Assembly (NCBI RefSeq): GCF_009914755.1
Contig: NC_060925.1
Origin: the human T2T-CHM13v2.0 reference genome, Homo sapiens
DNA length: 64,000 nucleotides
Reading direction: 5' to 3' (one strand)
Below the pieces are notes generated by a model. The model was not told the origin of the DNA, did not search any database, and saw only the letters and a list, made by a program, of their open reading frames with translations. Shown here piece by piece: positions 28,925 through 40,167 of the stretch (the stretch's first letter is position 1; each line of letters opens with the position of its first letter). A program made the position numbers and the translations under genes.

Positions 28925-29203
28925 TTTTTTTTTTTTTTTTTTTTAGCAATAGAGACAGGGTCTCACTCTGTTGCCCAGGCTGGAGTGCTGTGGCCTGATC
29001 ATGGCTCACTGCAGACTCAACCTCCCAAGTAGCTAAGATTACAGGCACGTGCCATCATGCTCAGCTACTTTTTAAATTTTTTTGTGTGGGGATGGGGTCT
29101 CACTATGTTGCCCAGGCTGGTCTCAAACTCCTGGGCTCAAATGATCTTCCCACCTCGGCTTCCTAAAGTGTTGGGATTACTGGCATGAGCCACCGTGCCC
29201 AGC
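28925..29203 (-). mobile_element. Alu (AluJ-like, internally deleted) with T-tail
   Basis: T20 tail, gagacagggtctcactctgttgcccaggctggagtg...gagccaccgtgcccagc. Confidence 0.88.
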
Positions 29204-30267
29204 TGAGATGTTCTTTCTGTGTGAAGCCCCAGGTGTGCCGGGCTGGGCTGTGTCCGGAATTACCCATCAAATGGGCCTGGGGAGGCCTGCTGGGCTGGCA
29301 CCCTCCCGCGGCCTCCTCCCGCCGTCCTGCCCGCTGTGGCTGGCCAGTTCCTGTCACTTGTGGCTCAAGGGGGTCAACAGCCCACCCAGAGCTCGGAGAG
29401 AGCCAAGGGCTCCTTGACTCTCCAGGTTCCTACCCGTCGACAAACTTAAATCCTACAGGCAGCAACTGGGTGAAAAAGAATGAAAGACAAGACTTTGAAA
29501 TGACTTCATTTCGAGTGGGGAGAACAGGCTTTGCCGGACCCCAGGACCCACGTAAGACACAGGAGTGCGGGCGAGTTGGGGAAGCGGGGTACATAATTCA
29601 GCACCGAGAAGAACTAGTCTGCCAGGCTGCCAGCCTAAGAGAAAGGAGGCAGGATTACAGGAATCCTGAGAGCTTTTACAGAACCCCCAGGGCTTTGAGA
29701 GAACGGGCAGAGCCAGCAAGGAGCTCGGGAGTCTCGGCCTAGGGAGGAGGTGGTGCAGATTTGCAGGCATCGGTGCCCCACAGACGGCGAGCAGGCCCGA
29801 GGCCAGTGTCCACAGGGACCGCACATGGGGAGGTGGTGCAGGAGCCCTGGGCGGTGGACTGGGGGTGCGTCTGGGCACCCACTGCGTGCCTGGGACTGCA
29901 CCTTCATGCGGGTGCTGGTCCCTCACTCCTGTCCCTCACGCGCTGGCCATGACGGCCCTGGCACCGGCTGCCCTCTGGAGGCCCCAGTAAGTCCGCACCA
30001 CCCCGGCGCCATCTCCTGCCAGTTCTGCCTGAGGCAGCAGCTGCCACCACCGCGCAGACACATCCTGCTCCCTCCTGACTTTCGGAGGCCTGGCCTGGCA
30101 TCGGCCTGGCAGTCTCGGCCTCCCCGTCGGGGTTGGTGTCTGGGGATCAGGGTGAAGACACAGCGACCCGGGCCTCACCCAGGGTCTGTGTGTGGCTGTT
30201 CTGCAGCGCTGGACGTCTGAGGCCTGTGTCGTCCCCACAGACGCGCGCTGTGGACACACTGGCGCCC

Positions 30268-30846
30268 ACACAGAGACACAGAAACACACAGAAACACACA
30301 GAAAGACAGAAACGAAGACAGAAACACAGAGACACAGAAATACAGAAACACAGAAACAAACACAGAGACACAGAAACACACAGAAACACACAGAAACACA
30401 GAAACAAACACAGAAACACAGAGACACAGAAACAGAAACACACAGACAGAAACAAACACAGAGACACAGAGACACAGAAACACACAGAAACACAGAAACA
30501 AACACAGAGACACAGAAACACACAGAAACACACAGAAACACAGAAACAAACACAGAGACACAGAAACACACAGAAACACAGAAACAAACACAGAGACACA
30601 GAAACACACAGAAACACACAGACAGAAACAAACACAGAAACACAGAGACACAGAAATACAGAAACACACAGAAACACAGAAACAAACACAGAGACACAGA
30701 GACACAGAAACACAGCGACGCAGAAACACAGCAACACAAACACAGAAACACAGAAACACACAGAAACAGAAACACAGAAACAAACACAGAGACACAGACA
30801 CACAGACACAGAGAAACACAGAAACACACAGAAACACTGAAACACA
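30268..30846. repeat. (CACAGAAA/CACAGAGA)-type composite tandem repeat, ~580 bp
   Basis: almost T-free + strand made of acacagaa/acacagag/acaaac units. Confidence 0.93.
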
Positions 30847-33800
30847 GTGGGCGGTGTCCAGGCTGCAGAGGCTCCATCGCTGTCACCAGGCCCAGAGGCT
30901 GTGGACGGCTGCGAGTGGCCCGTGCGGCTTTTAGAAGCACAGACAGGAGATGGGGTGGACGAGGCGGCACAGGGGGAGGGCCACGAGGAGGGGCAGGCGC
31001 GGCGGGCAGGCGGCACCACCTCTGCAAGGCTAACAAGGTGCTGCGCCCGGCTCCCTCCTCTTGCCTGTGCCTCTGGCGGTGACCAGAATGGCCCATTGGC
31101 CGAATTGGCCGCCCTGACGGGTGAGGGCCGCTTTCCCAAGGCCCCGCATCGCGCCTCGGCGTCCCCGCATGAGCTCCTGGTCTTGGCAACCCCCTTACTG
31201 CATCTTCCCAGGCCAGATGCTCCGAGAAGCCAAGAGGCCTCCCGAGGAGCCCGTCACAGGCTTCTGTGTGCAGACAGCAGCGAGCCACCGAGCAGAGCTC
31301 CAGGGAGCGGCATCAGAGAGGCCTTGGCCGAGTGCAGGCCGAGCAAGGGACCTCTGGCAGCCTGTGGCCCTTGACCCTGTCTACCCGGACCCACCCCTTC
31401 GGGCCTAGGCTCGGCCTTTGCTGTCCTCAGTCTTCCAGTCCATGACGCGGACACGTTCCTCATGCACGGCTTTGGTGTGCCTTGACCTGGGCATGAAGTT
31501 AGAGCTGGGCCTGAGGCCAGTTTGCTGCCAGGCCAGGGAGGGCGGTTTGCAGCGGGGCTGTGAGGCCCAGGGGACCCCCTTCCTGCAGCCTGGCCTGGTG
31601 TCCGGGCTCCTGGAGAAGGGCGCCCACTGGTGCAGTAAGGGCCATGCCTGGGAGTCAGAGAGTCCAGGCAGATCCTGGTGACAAGGGGCAGGAGGCTTTG
31701 CCCAGCTCTGGGGTTCCACGTGGCCTCTAGGGCCACCAGGATGTGCCGGGAGCCAGTGAGGCAAGAGTCAAGGAAGACACAATCAGGAGGAACCTGTCAC
31801 CTGGAGGTGGCCGGGTGCGGCTTTCAGAGAAGGGCCCAGGCTCCCCTGCCTGCTGTGCAGGAGGCACGCCCTGCGGCTTTCTGCAGCCCCGGGAGCCCCT
31901 GTGAAAGTCTGAAAATCAGGGCCCTTGGCCGCAGATCTGGGGCCAGCTTGGAAACTGTTGTCACCTCCTTAGTAACCCCAAGAAATGAGAGCCAGGGGCC
32001 AGTGCTTTCTGTAACAGCCCCAGGCACAGACACAGATGGGTGCAGACGCCAGCCCCAGCTCCTCTCCCGGGGAGCACAGCCTGTGTGTCCTGCCCCATGG
32101 AACACCCGGAGAATGTGCCGGCACCAGGGAGGCCTCTTGCCTCCTGCCTGGGCCGAGGAACTGGGGGCCACATTGCCAAGGGAACCCGCCCAGGGAGGCC
32201 CCTCTGCACCCGCAGGCATCTGCAGCCCAGGGAGATGACGGTGGTTTTGTGACTGCTTTCCCAGGTCGAAGAAGGTCAGAGCTTGGATTCTTGGGCCCAA
32301 GCCTTGGGGAGGTGCCCACCGTGGACACCCAGGTGCCCTGTCCCCAGTGGGCGGTCAGCTTCAGGCCTTGAAAAGCCTGAGGGGTGTTCCCTGTTTGGGG
32401 GAGCCTGTTCACCTGTGGGCCCTTGCCGGTGTGGGTGTGCGAAGAGTTAACGGCCGCCCTGCCCCAGCCCCTCCGTCTGCTGTGGGGTTATCATTCCACA
32501 TCCCCGCTGAGCGCTGGGCACGTCTGCAGGCCCAGCTGTTCCCGCCCGGCCCTCACACCTGCTTTGGTTTAGTATCCCTGCTTGGACAAGACAGGGTTCA
32601 TTTTTCAACCTTTAAAAGTTTCTAAAGAAGAACCCAGTCAATCCCTTTCTCTCGTGGCTGAACTCCCACCTGGAGGCGCTTCCAGCAGTAGGGCCAGGGC
32701 ACCCGGTGCCCCCAGCTTCCCAGTGCCCTCCCTGCAGCCGATCCCATTGTCCTGGGAGTTCTCATCCCTGGGGGCCCAGCCCCCCGCCTGCGGGACACCA
32801 ATCCCCCACCCTGGGGCCAGGCCCCATGAAGACCACAGCCAGGTGCAGCCTGAGACCCACTGCCCAGTGGGTCTCCTGGGTGCCTGGGGATGGAGGGGCT
32901 GGGCTGAGTGGGGCCTCCTGGCCACGGGGTCAGCAGGTGGCAAGGCCCAGAGAGGAGGCAGAGCCCTTGGGGAGGGTGGGCAGGTGAGCCGAGCAGGCCG
33001 GAGTCACCACCGCATCACGTGGGCCCCTTTGGGTCTGTCGAGGGTCTATTTCAGATAGTGTTCCCCAAGGCCCCACTGGGCTGGGCCCCGTGCAGGTACA
33101 GCGTGGAGGAGGCACCAGCAAGAATGCTCAGAGATGGCACCAGCCGTGAGCAGGCCAGGCTCAGGCCAAGGGACAGGCTGGGCTGCTGGGCTGACTGTGT
33201 TTGTGTGTTTATGGCGGAGACCAGCGTGCCCAGGAGAGGACTAGAGGGAGCTCCGGGTGAGGGGGGAGCTCCGGGTGAGGGGGGACCCTGGCCTGTGCCC
33301 ATGGGAACTGCCTATTTGCCCATCTTGGGGCCAGGGTGGGAGCAGTTACTGGGCTTCTCTGTGCCTCCTTAATCTGCACCCCTCGGCTGAGCAAGCCAGC
33401 GGCACAGGCCTCCCCACCTGGGCTGCGAGTCACAGGCTGCTTTGCTGGCCAGGCCTGCCCCTAACTGGCCACAGCGTGCTGGCCAGGACTCACGCTCAGA
33501 GAACGGACACATTGCCACCCTGAGTCCTGTCCCTGTTCAGACCCAGCCAACCCCGATAGGCCCAGTGGGTGGCCAGGCTCTCGCCCCATGTGTCTCCAGG
33601 CACCAGTGGTGGCTGCTGGCTCCAAGGCCATTCTCCTGGCTCCTGTCACCTCTTTGTGGCAGACGAGGGAGGAACGGGTCGGTGTCCTTCGTCCTCTGGG
33701 CCTGGGACAGGTGAGGAGCCCAGGTGCTGGCTTGTCCCCACCGGTGGCCTTTCAAAGGGGATGAAGGCCTGTGTGGGACACTCTGCGGTCACTGGCGACA

Positions 33801-35067
33801 GAGCCAGGAAGGGGCTCGGTGGGCTGTGGAGCATCCACGATCTTTTCAAGTAAAAAAAATTAATTGACTCCATCTGTGTTGGCCTAATGACTGATTAAAT
33901 GACTAATCGCAGAAGTCTTAATTAAGCCCATTTTTCTCGGAGCCGAGGAGGGAGGAGGAGCTTGGATGCCGACAGCCACCACTGAGCAATGACACACAAG
34001 GTCGCCGCGCACACCCGTGCCTGTGGTCGGGCTGAGGGACCCCGTCCCGGGCTGATGGGGCTCGGGTGGCCACGTTTTCCTATCATGAAGCATGGAATGA
34101 GGATTTCTGGGGCCAGGGCCACCCCCACCGTTCCTGTGGAATTCTCCTGTGTGGCTGGGCAAAGTCATGGCCACGTTGATTAAACCGAGTCCTTCTTCTG
34201 CAGCTGACATAATCTCACATCTTTTCAGAACCGACAGGGCTTTGTCCTTTTGTGGAATTCCGTAACACGCCTGGAATGTCTCTGCAGGAACGCAGCCAGA
34301 GGCCCTCTCAGAAACGCGGCCCCTCCCAGGGCAGCAGGCGGCGGGCACGTGCGGGGCCCTCATGTCTGGTCTGTGTCTACCGCCCACTACAGGGAGGGCC
34401 ATCCCGTCCACCCTGTCTCCCCTCCCACAAGCTGGGGTTCAGCCCCAGGTGGACATGGGGCACATGGTGAGGCAGCGACTTGGCAGCCAGATTCAGCGGC
34501 TGGCGCAGGAGCCCCTCGTGCAGCCTCCCCAGAGCCACTCGGGACCCCTCTCCTGGTCAGCACCTCTCCCTGTCATCCTGCCAGAGGCAGCACGGGCCAG
34601 GGCAGCCTTGGCCCTCCACGCCTGGACTTGGCCCCACGTGGCCACAGGGGTGGGCGGGCTTCTCCCAGGGGCTCCCTGACATCCTTGGACCTGCTGGGGC
34701 AGTTGGGGGTGCCCTGGCAGGCGGATGCCGGGCCTCAGCCTCTGGCTGTGTCTGTAGGGCCCTCGCAGCAGGACCCTCCTTTCTGGCCACCCTGCACATG
34801 GGTGACCAAGCCCTGGAGGGCTTCGCAGGGTCAGAGCGTGCCTGAGGGGGACCTGGTGGCCTTGGCTGGGCTCTGGGAGGGCAGACATGGCCTCTGTGCC
34901 CATGAAACCCGGGCTTCCCTTGGGGCACAGCTTGTGAAGGAACCTTGGCTCCTCTTTCCTCTGCCTATTTTAGGGAACAGTCAAAGACGACTTTGCAGGA
35001 TCCTGCCTGAGAGTTGTAACAAAGGCGCGCGTTTCTCCCGCATGCGCCGTCCTTCTTATGTAACCAC

Positions 35068-35311
35068 TGCCGCTCCTCTCCCGCGGCTGCGCCTCTCCCG
35101 CCGCTGCGCCTCTCCCTCGTGCGGCTCTCCCGCCCCTGCGCCTCTCCCTCGTGCGCCTCTCCCGCCCCTGCGCCTCTCCCTCGTGCGCCTCTCCCGCCCC
35201 TGCGCCTCTCCCTCGTGCGCCTCTCCCGCCCCTGCGCCTCTCCCTCGTGCGCCTCTCCCGCCCCTGCGCCTCTCCCGCCGCTGCGCCTCTCCCGCCGCTG
35301 CGCCTCTCCCG
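35068..35311. repeat. CpG-rich VNTR, ~15 units of 15-17 bp (cgcctctccc plus gccgctg/tcgtg/gcccctg), alternating as a 32-bp dimer in the core
   Basis: directly visible periodicity. Confidence 0.92.
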
Positions 35312-38300
35312 AAATTACAGGCTGGTGTGTCACTTTTCATCTTTGTCGATTTTTTTTTCAGTCATTTCTATTGTTTGGAGCCTCCTGGATGACAGTGACA
35401 GGCTCTGATGTGGGCTTTGAGGGAGCCAACCGGTGGGGGGTGCACCAGGTGACCCCACGCTCACCAGGTGCCCAGCGGGGCTGCCTGTCCTCCTGAGGGC
35501 ACCGGCGTCCCCCAGTGGATGCTGAGAGGAGCTCCTGTTGTGCAGCTGCACGAAGGGGACACAGATGTGGCTGTTCTGAGGGACAGGGGGCTCCCCTAGA
35601 GCCCCGGTCTCAGCACACCCTGGTGAGCATAGCCCGGCCACCCTGACTGTTGCTCACGGACTCCAGCATCGGAAGGAATGCTCCCTGTCCTTGGTCCACA
35701 CTCAGGTTCTTCCAGTGGGATGGGCGACCCCTGGCCCCGGACTCACTGCTTCTCCCATTGTCCCCCTCGGCAGTTCTGTCTTGACATCGACCCCACGCAG
35801 GCCGCTAGGACCTGGGCTTCTATGATGGGGGAATGGGCAGTGCTGTGAGGGGCACGGCAGACCTCCGGCACAGGCCCAGGTTGGGGGCCAGGAGGGCGCG
35901 ACGTGGCGTCTGGACATGGAAGGGGTCACACTCCCGTCTCACTTGGTCTCCTGTTGTCCACACTGCAGAATCTCGTCTGTGCCTCGAGATTTGGAGCAGC
36001 CAGGAGAACCCTTTGTTAGCTCCTGTTGGGATCCTGGGAGGGGTGAAAACCTCCATGAGTGAGTGAGGCTTTGGGGCTTGTGCGGAGACGAGGGGAGAAG
36101 CCGGAGCCAGGACCCCAGGGTCTCAGAGGGGCCCCCAGGCTGCGCCTCGAGGGGCCAAGCTCTGTCGGGGACTGGGGCTCGGGCTGGGGCTCCGTGACCT
36201 CCATGGGGTGCAGCCCACCAGGCTGCCTACGAGGATGCCTCCGAGCCTTCACCCAACTGACCTCTGGCCAACCCCCACGGGTCCCCCAAGGGGCTTGCTC
36301 TGGAACTGGAGAGTGGGACTATAAAAACACGGAACCCAGGAAGCTGGCATCGTTGGGGTCCTTAGGAAGGATAAAAAGGCGACCAGGTGTTGGGGGGCGT
36401 GACTGGGGGTGGCCAGAATGTTCCAGGCAGGAAGTGCAGTGAGCATCGGGCTCCCGCCTGGAGATGCTCCTGGTGCGTAATTATGCCAGCCAGTGGGCAC
36501 GTCTAGCAGGGCCTGGGCTGGCCCCGCTGCAACAGGCCGGGGACAGGCCCCACATCCTCTGTGCCCAGCAGTGGGGATGCCAGCTGGGACCCAGCAGCCG
36601 GGTCAGCCCCGGGCCCAGCTCCCGAAGCCTCCTCCCCATTATGGAAAGGGGGTCCCCAGCGATGGCAACTGGGGACAGCTGGTGAGTGAGTGACAGCTGA
36701 GTGCAGTGAGTGGCCTCGGGCCTGGAGACGCTGGAACAATACAGGACCGTGCCAGGGTAGGGGCCATGGCTCCTGCAGAACAAAGTTGTCAGTCACAGGG
36801 CCACACTGTAGGGGGACCCGAGGGAGGTCTCGGACCTCAGGGGTCTCCTGGGACTCCAGGGTGCTAGCGGCAGGATCCTGGCTCAAGGTGCTGCTGCTGA
36901 GGCTGGAGCCTGAGGGTGCGCTGAGAGCCGGCCCTTGCCCCTGCCCTTCTCCACCCCATTCACAAGCATGTCTGTCGGAAGCGGCAGCCCCAACGGTGCC
37001 AGGAGCTTCCACTCCTTTGGCCCTGCCTGCCGACAGTGAGCCCTCTCCTGTGCCTGGCACGGGCTGAGGACCCTGCCTGGAACCACTCGGCCACGACACA
37101 GCGAGGGTTCCTTGAATGCAAACCAGACACAGCCGACTGAGTGTTGGAGGCCTTTGGATTTGCCAGAGCCAGGTTGGCTGCTGGAAAGAACAGCTTTCTT
37201 AGAATTCCGAAAAGTGGGCTCTTTGGGCCCAGAGCCAGGTCTGGACGCTGGTTGGGGGAGCTGGGACCCAGACCAGAGGGAGGGGTGCATGGGAGACCCC
37301 AGAGCTTCTTCCTCACCGCAGAGCAGACAGAAGGCATGGGGGTCACAGCTGGGGGAGCCTCAGGCAGGGTCCCCCACTCTTTCCTAAGAGGGGGCCATCA
37401 CACAAACACCCAGATGGGTTGTGGGGGGTTTTGGCGGGGACAGAGCTGGGGAGGTCCTGGAAGAGGTCGTGAGGTCGACGCCCCGGTCAGCCACAGTTGA
37501 GGGCCTCTGGGTGGTGGGGGGGCAGCAGGTGTAAGAACGGTAAGGGATCACGTGGCTACAAGGAACTGGTGGTGGGGGTCAGGCTCCATGGAGGACGAGA
37601 GGCACAGGCCCAGGTTTGTCTCTAAGTCGCTGCCGCCCCATGATCCATGGCGGAGAGGCCTGCAAGTGTGCAGCCCTTCACCTCCATGCTGGGTTCTCAA
37701 CCCAGGAGCGGGCAGAGCTTACGGAGAGTTCCCGATGGGAAAGACTCCCCAGGGTTTCCGCACCCAGAAGACGTAGTAAGGCCAGCTGCATGGAGAGGCG
37801 GGGCTCCCTTGGGGGAGCAGGCCTGGTTTTGGGCTGCCTGTCCCAACACGACGAGAGGGCCCTGGCTGTGTGGCCGTGGAGCCGGCAGGAGGCAGGGGAA
37901 GTGGCCGCTGGTCACAGATGTGTGCCCCGAAGAGACGACATCATTTGAACACTGAACACTCCGACTCCGCGGCCAGGTCGTCCTGGGATTGAAACAATCC
38001 TAGTCCAACGACACTTAACTCGAGGACAGTGCGAGCCCTTTGGCTGGGAGGCCCAGGCTGGGAGCAGACGCCGACCCCTCCGTTCTCTCAGGTGGAAAAG
38101 AACGAAAGCCTTCTTTCTGCTGAAATAAGACGTTCCAACATCACCCTCAGCGCGGAGGTTGCCACGGTTCTGGAGCGAAGTGGAGGTGCCGCCCTGGGCG
38201 TTCGGGTCTGTGTGAGTCTGTGGGAGTGACAGAATGTCTCGGCTTTTGGCTCTCGCAGACGCTCCTGAGGCCGAGTCACTGGGCAAACAGGGCCCCAGCA

Positions 38301-39748
38301 CCTGCAGGATCTTGGCTGTTTTTTAGTCTCTGCTTCTGAAGTTATCGTACAAAGTGAGTTTCATATTTAATTCACAAACCATGACTCAGAGCCGGACAGA
38401 GGGCGGCGCCTCCCCCATGCGTGAGTGGCATCGAAGGCCTGCCAGTGCCAGCACCTTGGCAGCCCCCGAGCGTTCCCCACGAGGGGCCTCACTGCAGGGG
38501 GCTGCAGCAGGCCCTCCTCCCACCTTGCCGGACCTCTTCCCTGGAGCTCCACCGGTGGGCCTGTGTTCACTGCCTTGGCTATTTCCATACCCGCCCCACC
38601 CCCGGCGGAAGCAGGAGGCGGCCCCGGCACACTCACACTCACACTCACGTCCGCTTCTGTTTGCCGGATGGGCAGAGGCAGAGGAGGTCTCGAGGGCCCA
38701 AGACCCCGTGTTGGTCCCAGGCAGGCGCTGGGGATGCCTGGAGCCCTCCTCTGCCCCTGAAGCCCTTCTAGGGCGGCGACAGGGGTCTGGTTCTCCACCC
38801 ACCTGCCTTGCCCAAGGCCCCCGGTGCCACCCCTGTCCCAGGAGGGCTCATGTCTCTCAAGAGCAGGTGATTTTTCCTGCAGGGTCTGTGCACCGCGTCA
38901 CCAAAATCTTTTGCTCCAATCAGGAATCCCAAACGTCACAGCTTCCACCCAAGGAAACAAGAGCGAGTGCCTGGCAGGCGGGTGGGAGCGGGGCGGGTGC
39001 TGGTCACTCTGCGAGCAACCCAGCAGCTCCTCCACAGTGTGCGGGGCCAGGCGAGGGCTGGTGGGACGGGTCCCCAGGGCACATCAGCGGGGGCCTCCTC
39101 GCCTCCATAGCCCAGCCCAGCCCAGCGCGCAGCTGCCCCCAATTTGTAGACAGAGTCCCGATTTGAGGTGGCAGCTGTTGCTGGACTCCGAGCCCCGAGC
39201 CCCAGCTTCCTCCTGGTAGAACCGGCCGGTTACGGCCCTGCATGTGCTGTGCCCGTAGCACTGCCAGGCCCAGGATGGTGAGATGTGACGGCCACAAACC
39301 CCCCACGGTGTCCCCGCCTGCACGTGCCGCGGTGTGCACCTGGTCCCACTCCTGTCCTCCAGCTCACAGAGTCCCCTCAAGCCACTGCCCTGAACCCTGG
39401 CCACCAGCCGTCTTCCTCTGAGAGGCCCCGCACCCCTCCTGCCTCTCTGCTTCTGCATGCCCACAGCCTGGTCCGCCCGGCGGGTCTGGGAGTTGTGGTG
39501 ATCGAAGCAGATGGACCGGCTCCAGCTCCACCCACTTCATGCCAGCCCAGGCAAGTCGCAGGGCAGCTGTTAGCCCCGCGAGACCCTGGCTGGCGGGGGG
39601 GCTCTCTGGAGCGAGGCCCGTGTAGGCTCACTGTCTTCCCAGACCAGGCCCTTGGCTCCCCTGGGCCTTCCCCGTCCTCCTGGCCCAGCTGATGAGGAGG
39701 CCACAGCTGACCCTCCGAACACCTGCAGGTGGGGTGGGCTCATCCTAC

Positions 39749-39828
39749 CTGCTGCCTCCAGGAGGCTCCTGTGCCGTGGGTGGTGTCCCCCTGGGGTGCA
39801 GGCCGCCTCTGGATCTGCCGCCTGCCTT
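39749..39828 (-). CDS. MORN1: MORN1 exon 12 (80 nt)
   Basis: ctttctag| acceptor, |gtagga donor; KAGGRSRGGLHPRGTPPTAQEPPGGS(R). Confidence 0.92.
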
Positions 39829-39882
39829 CTAGAAAGATTGGGCAGGAGGAGGGGAGAAGGAAAGGCTCAGAAGGTGGGCCTA

Positions 39883-40167
<285 letters not shown>

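Noticed and set aside
29936-31288. Cys/Val/Phe-rich and His/Thr/Gln-rich ORFs of 220-450 aa
   Set aside because: Translations of the CACAGA tandem repeat.
32929-32944. CTCF-like motif gtcagcaggtggcaag (similar at ~11688)
   Set aside because: Partial match only and common in GC-rich DNA; cannot be supported without a PWM scan or ChIP data.
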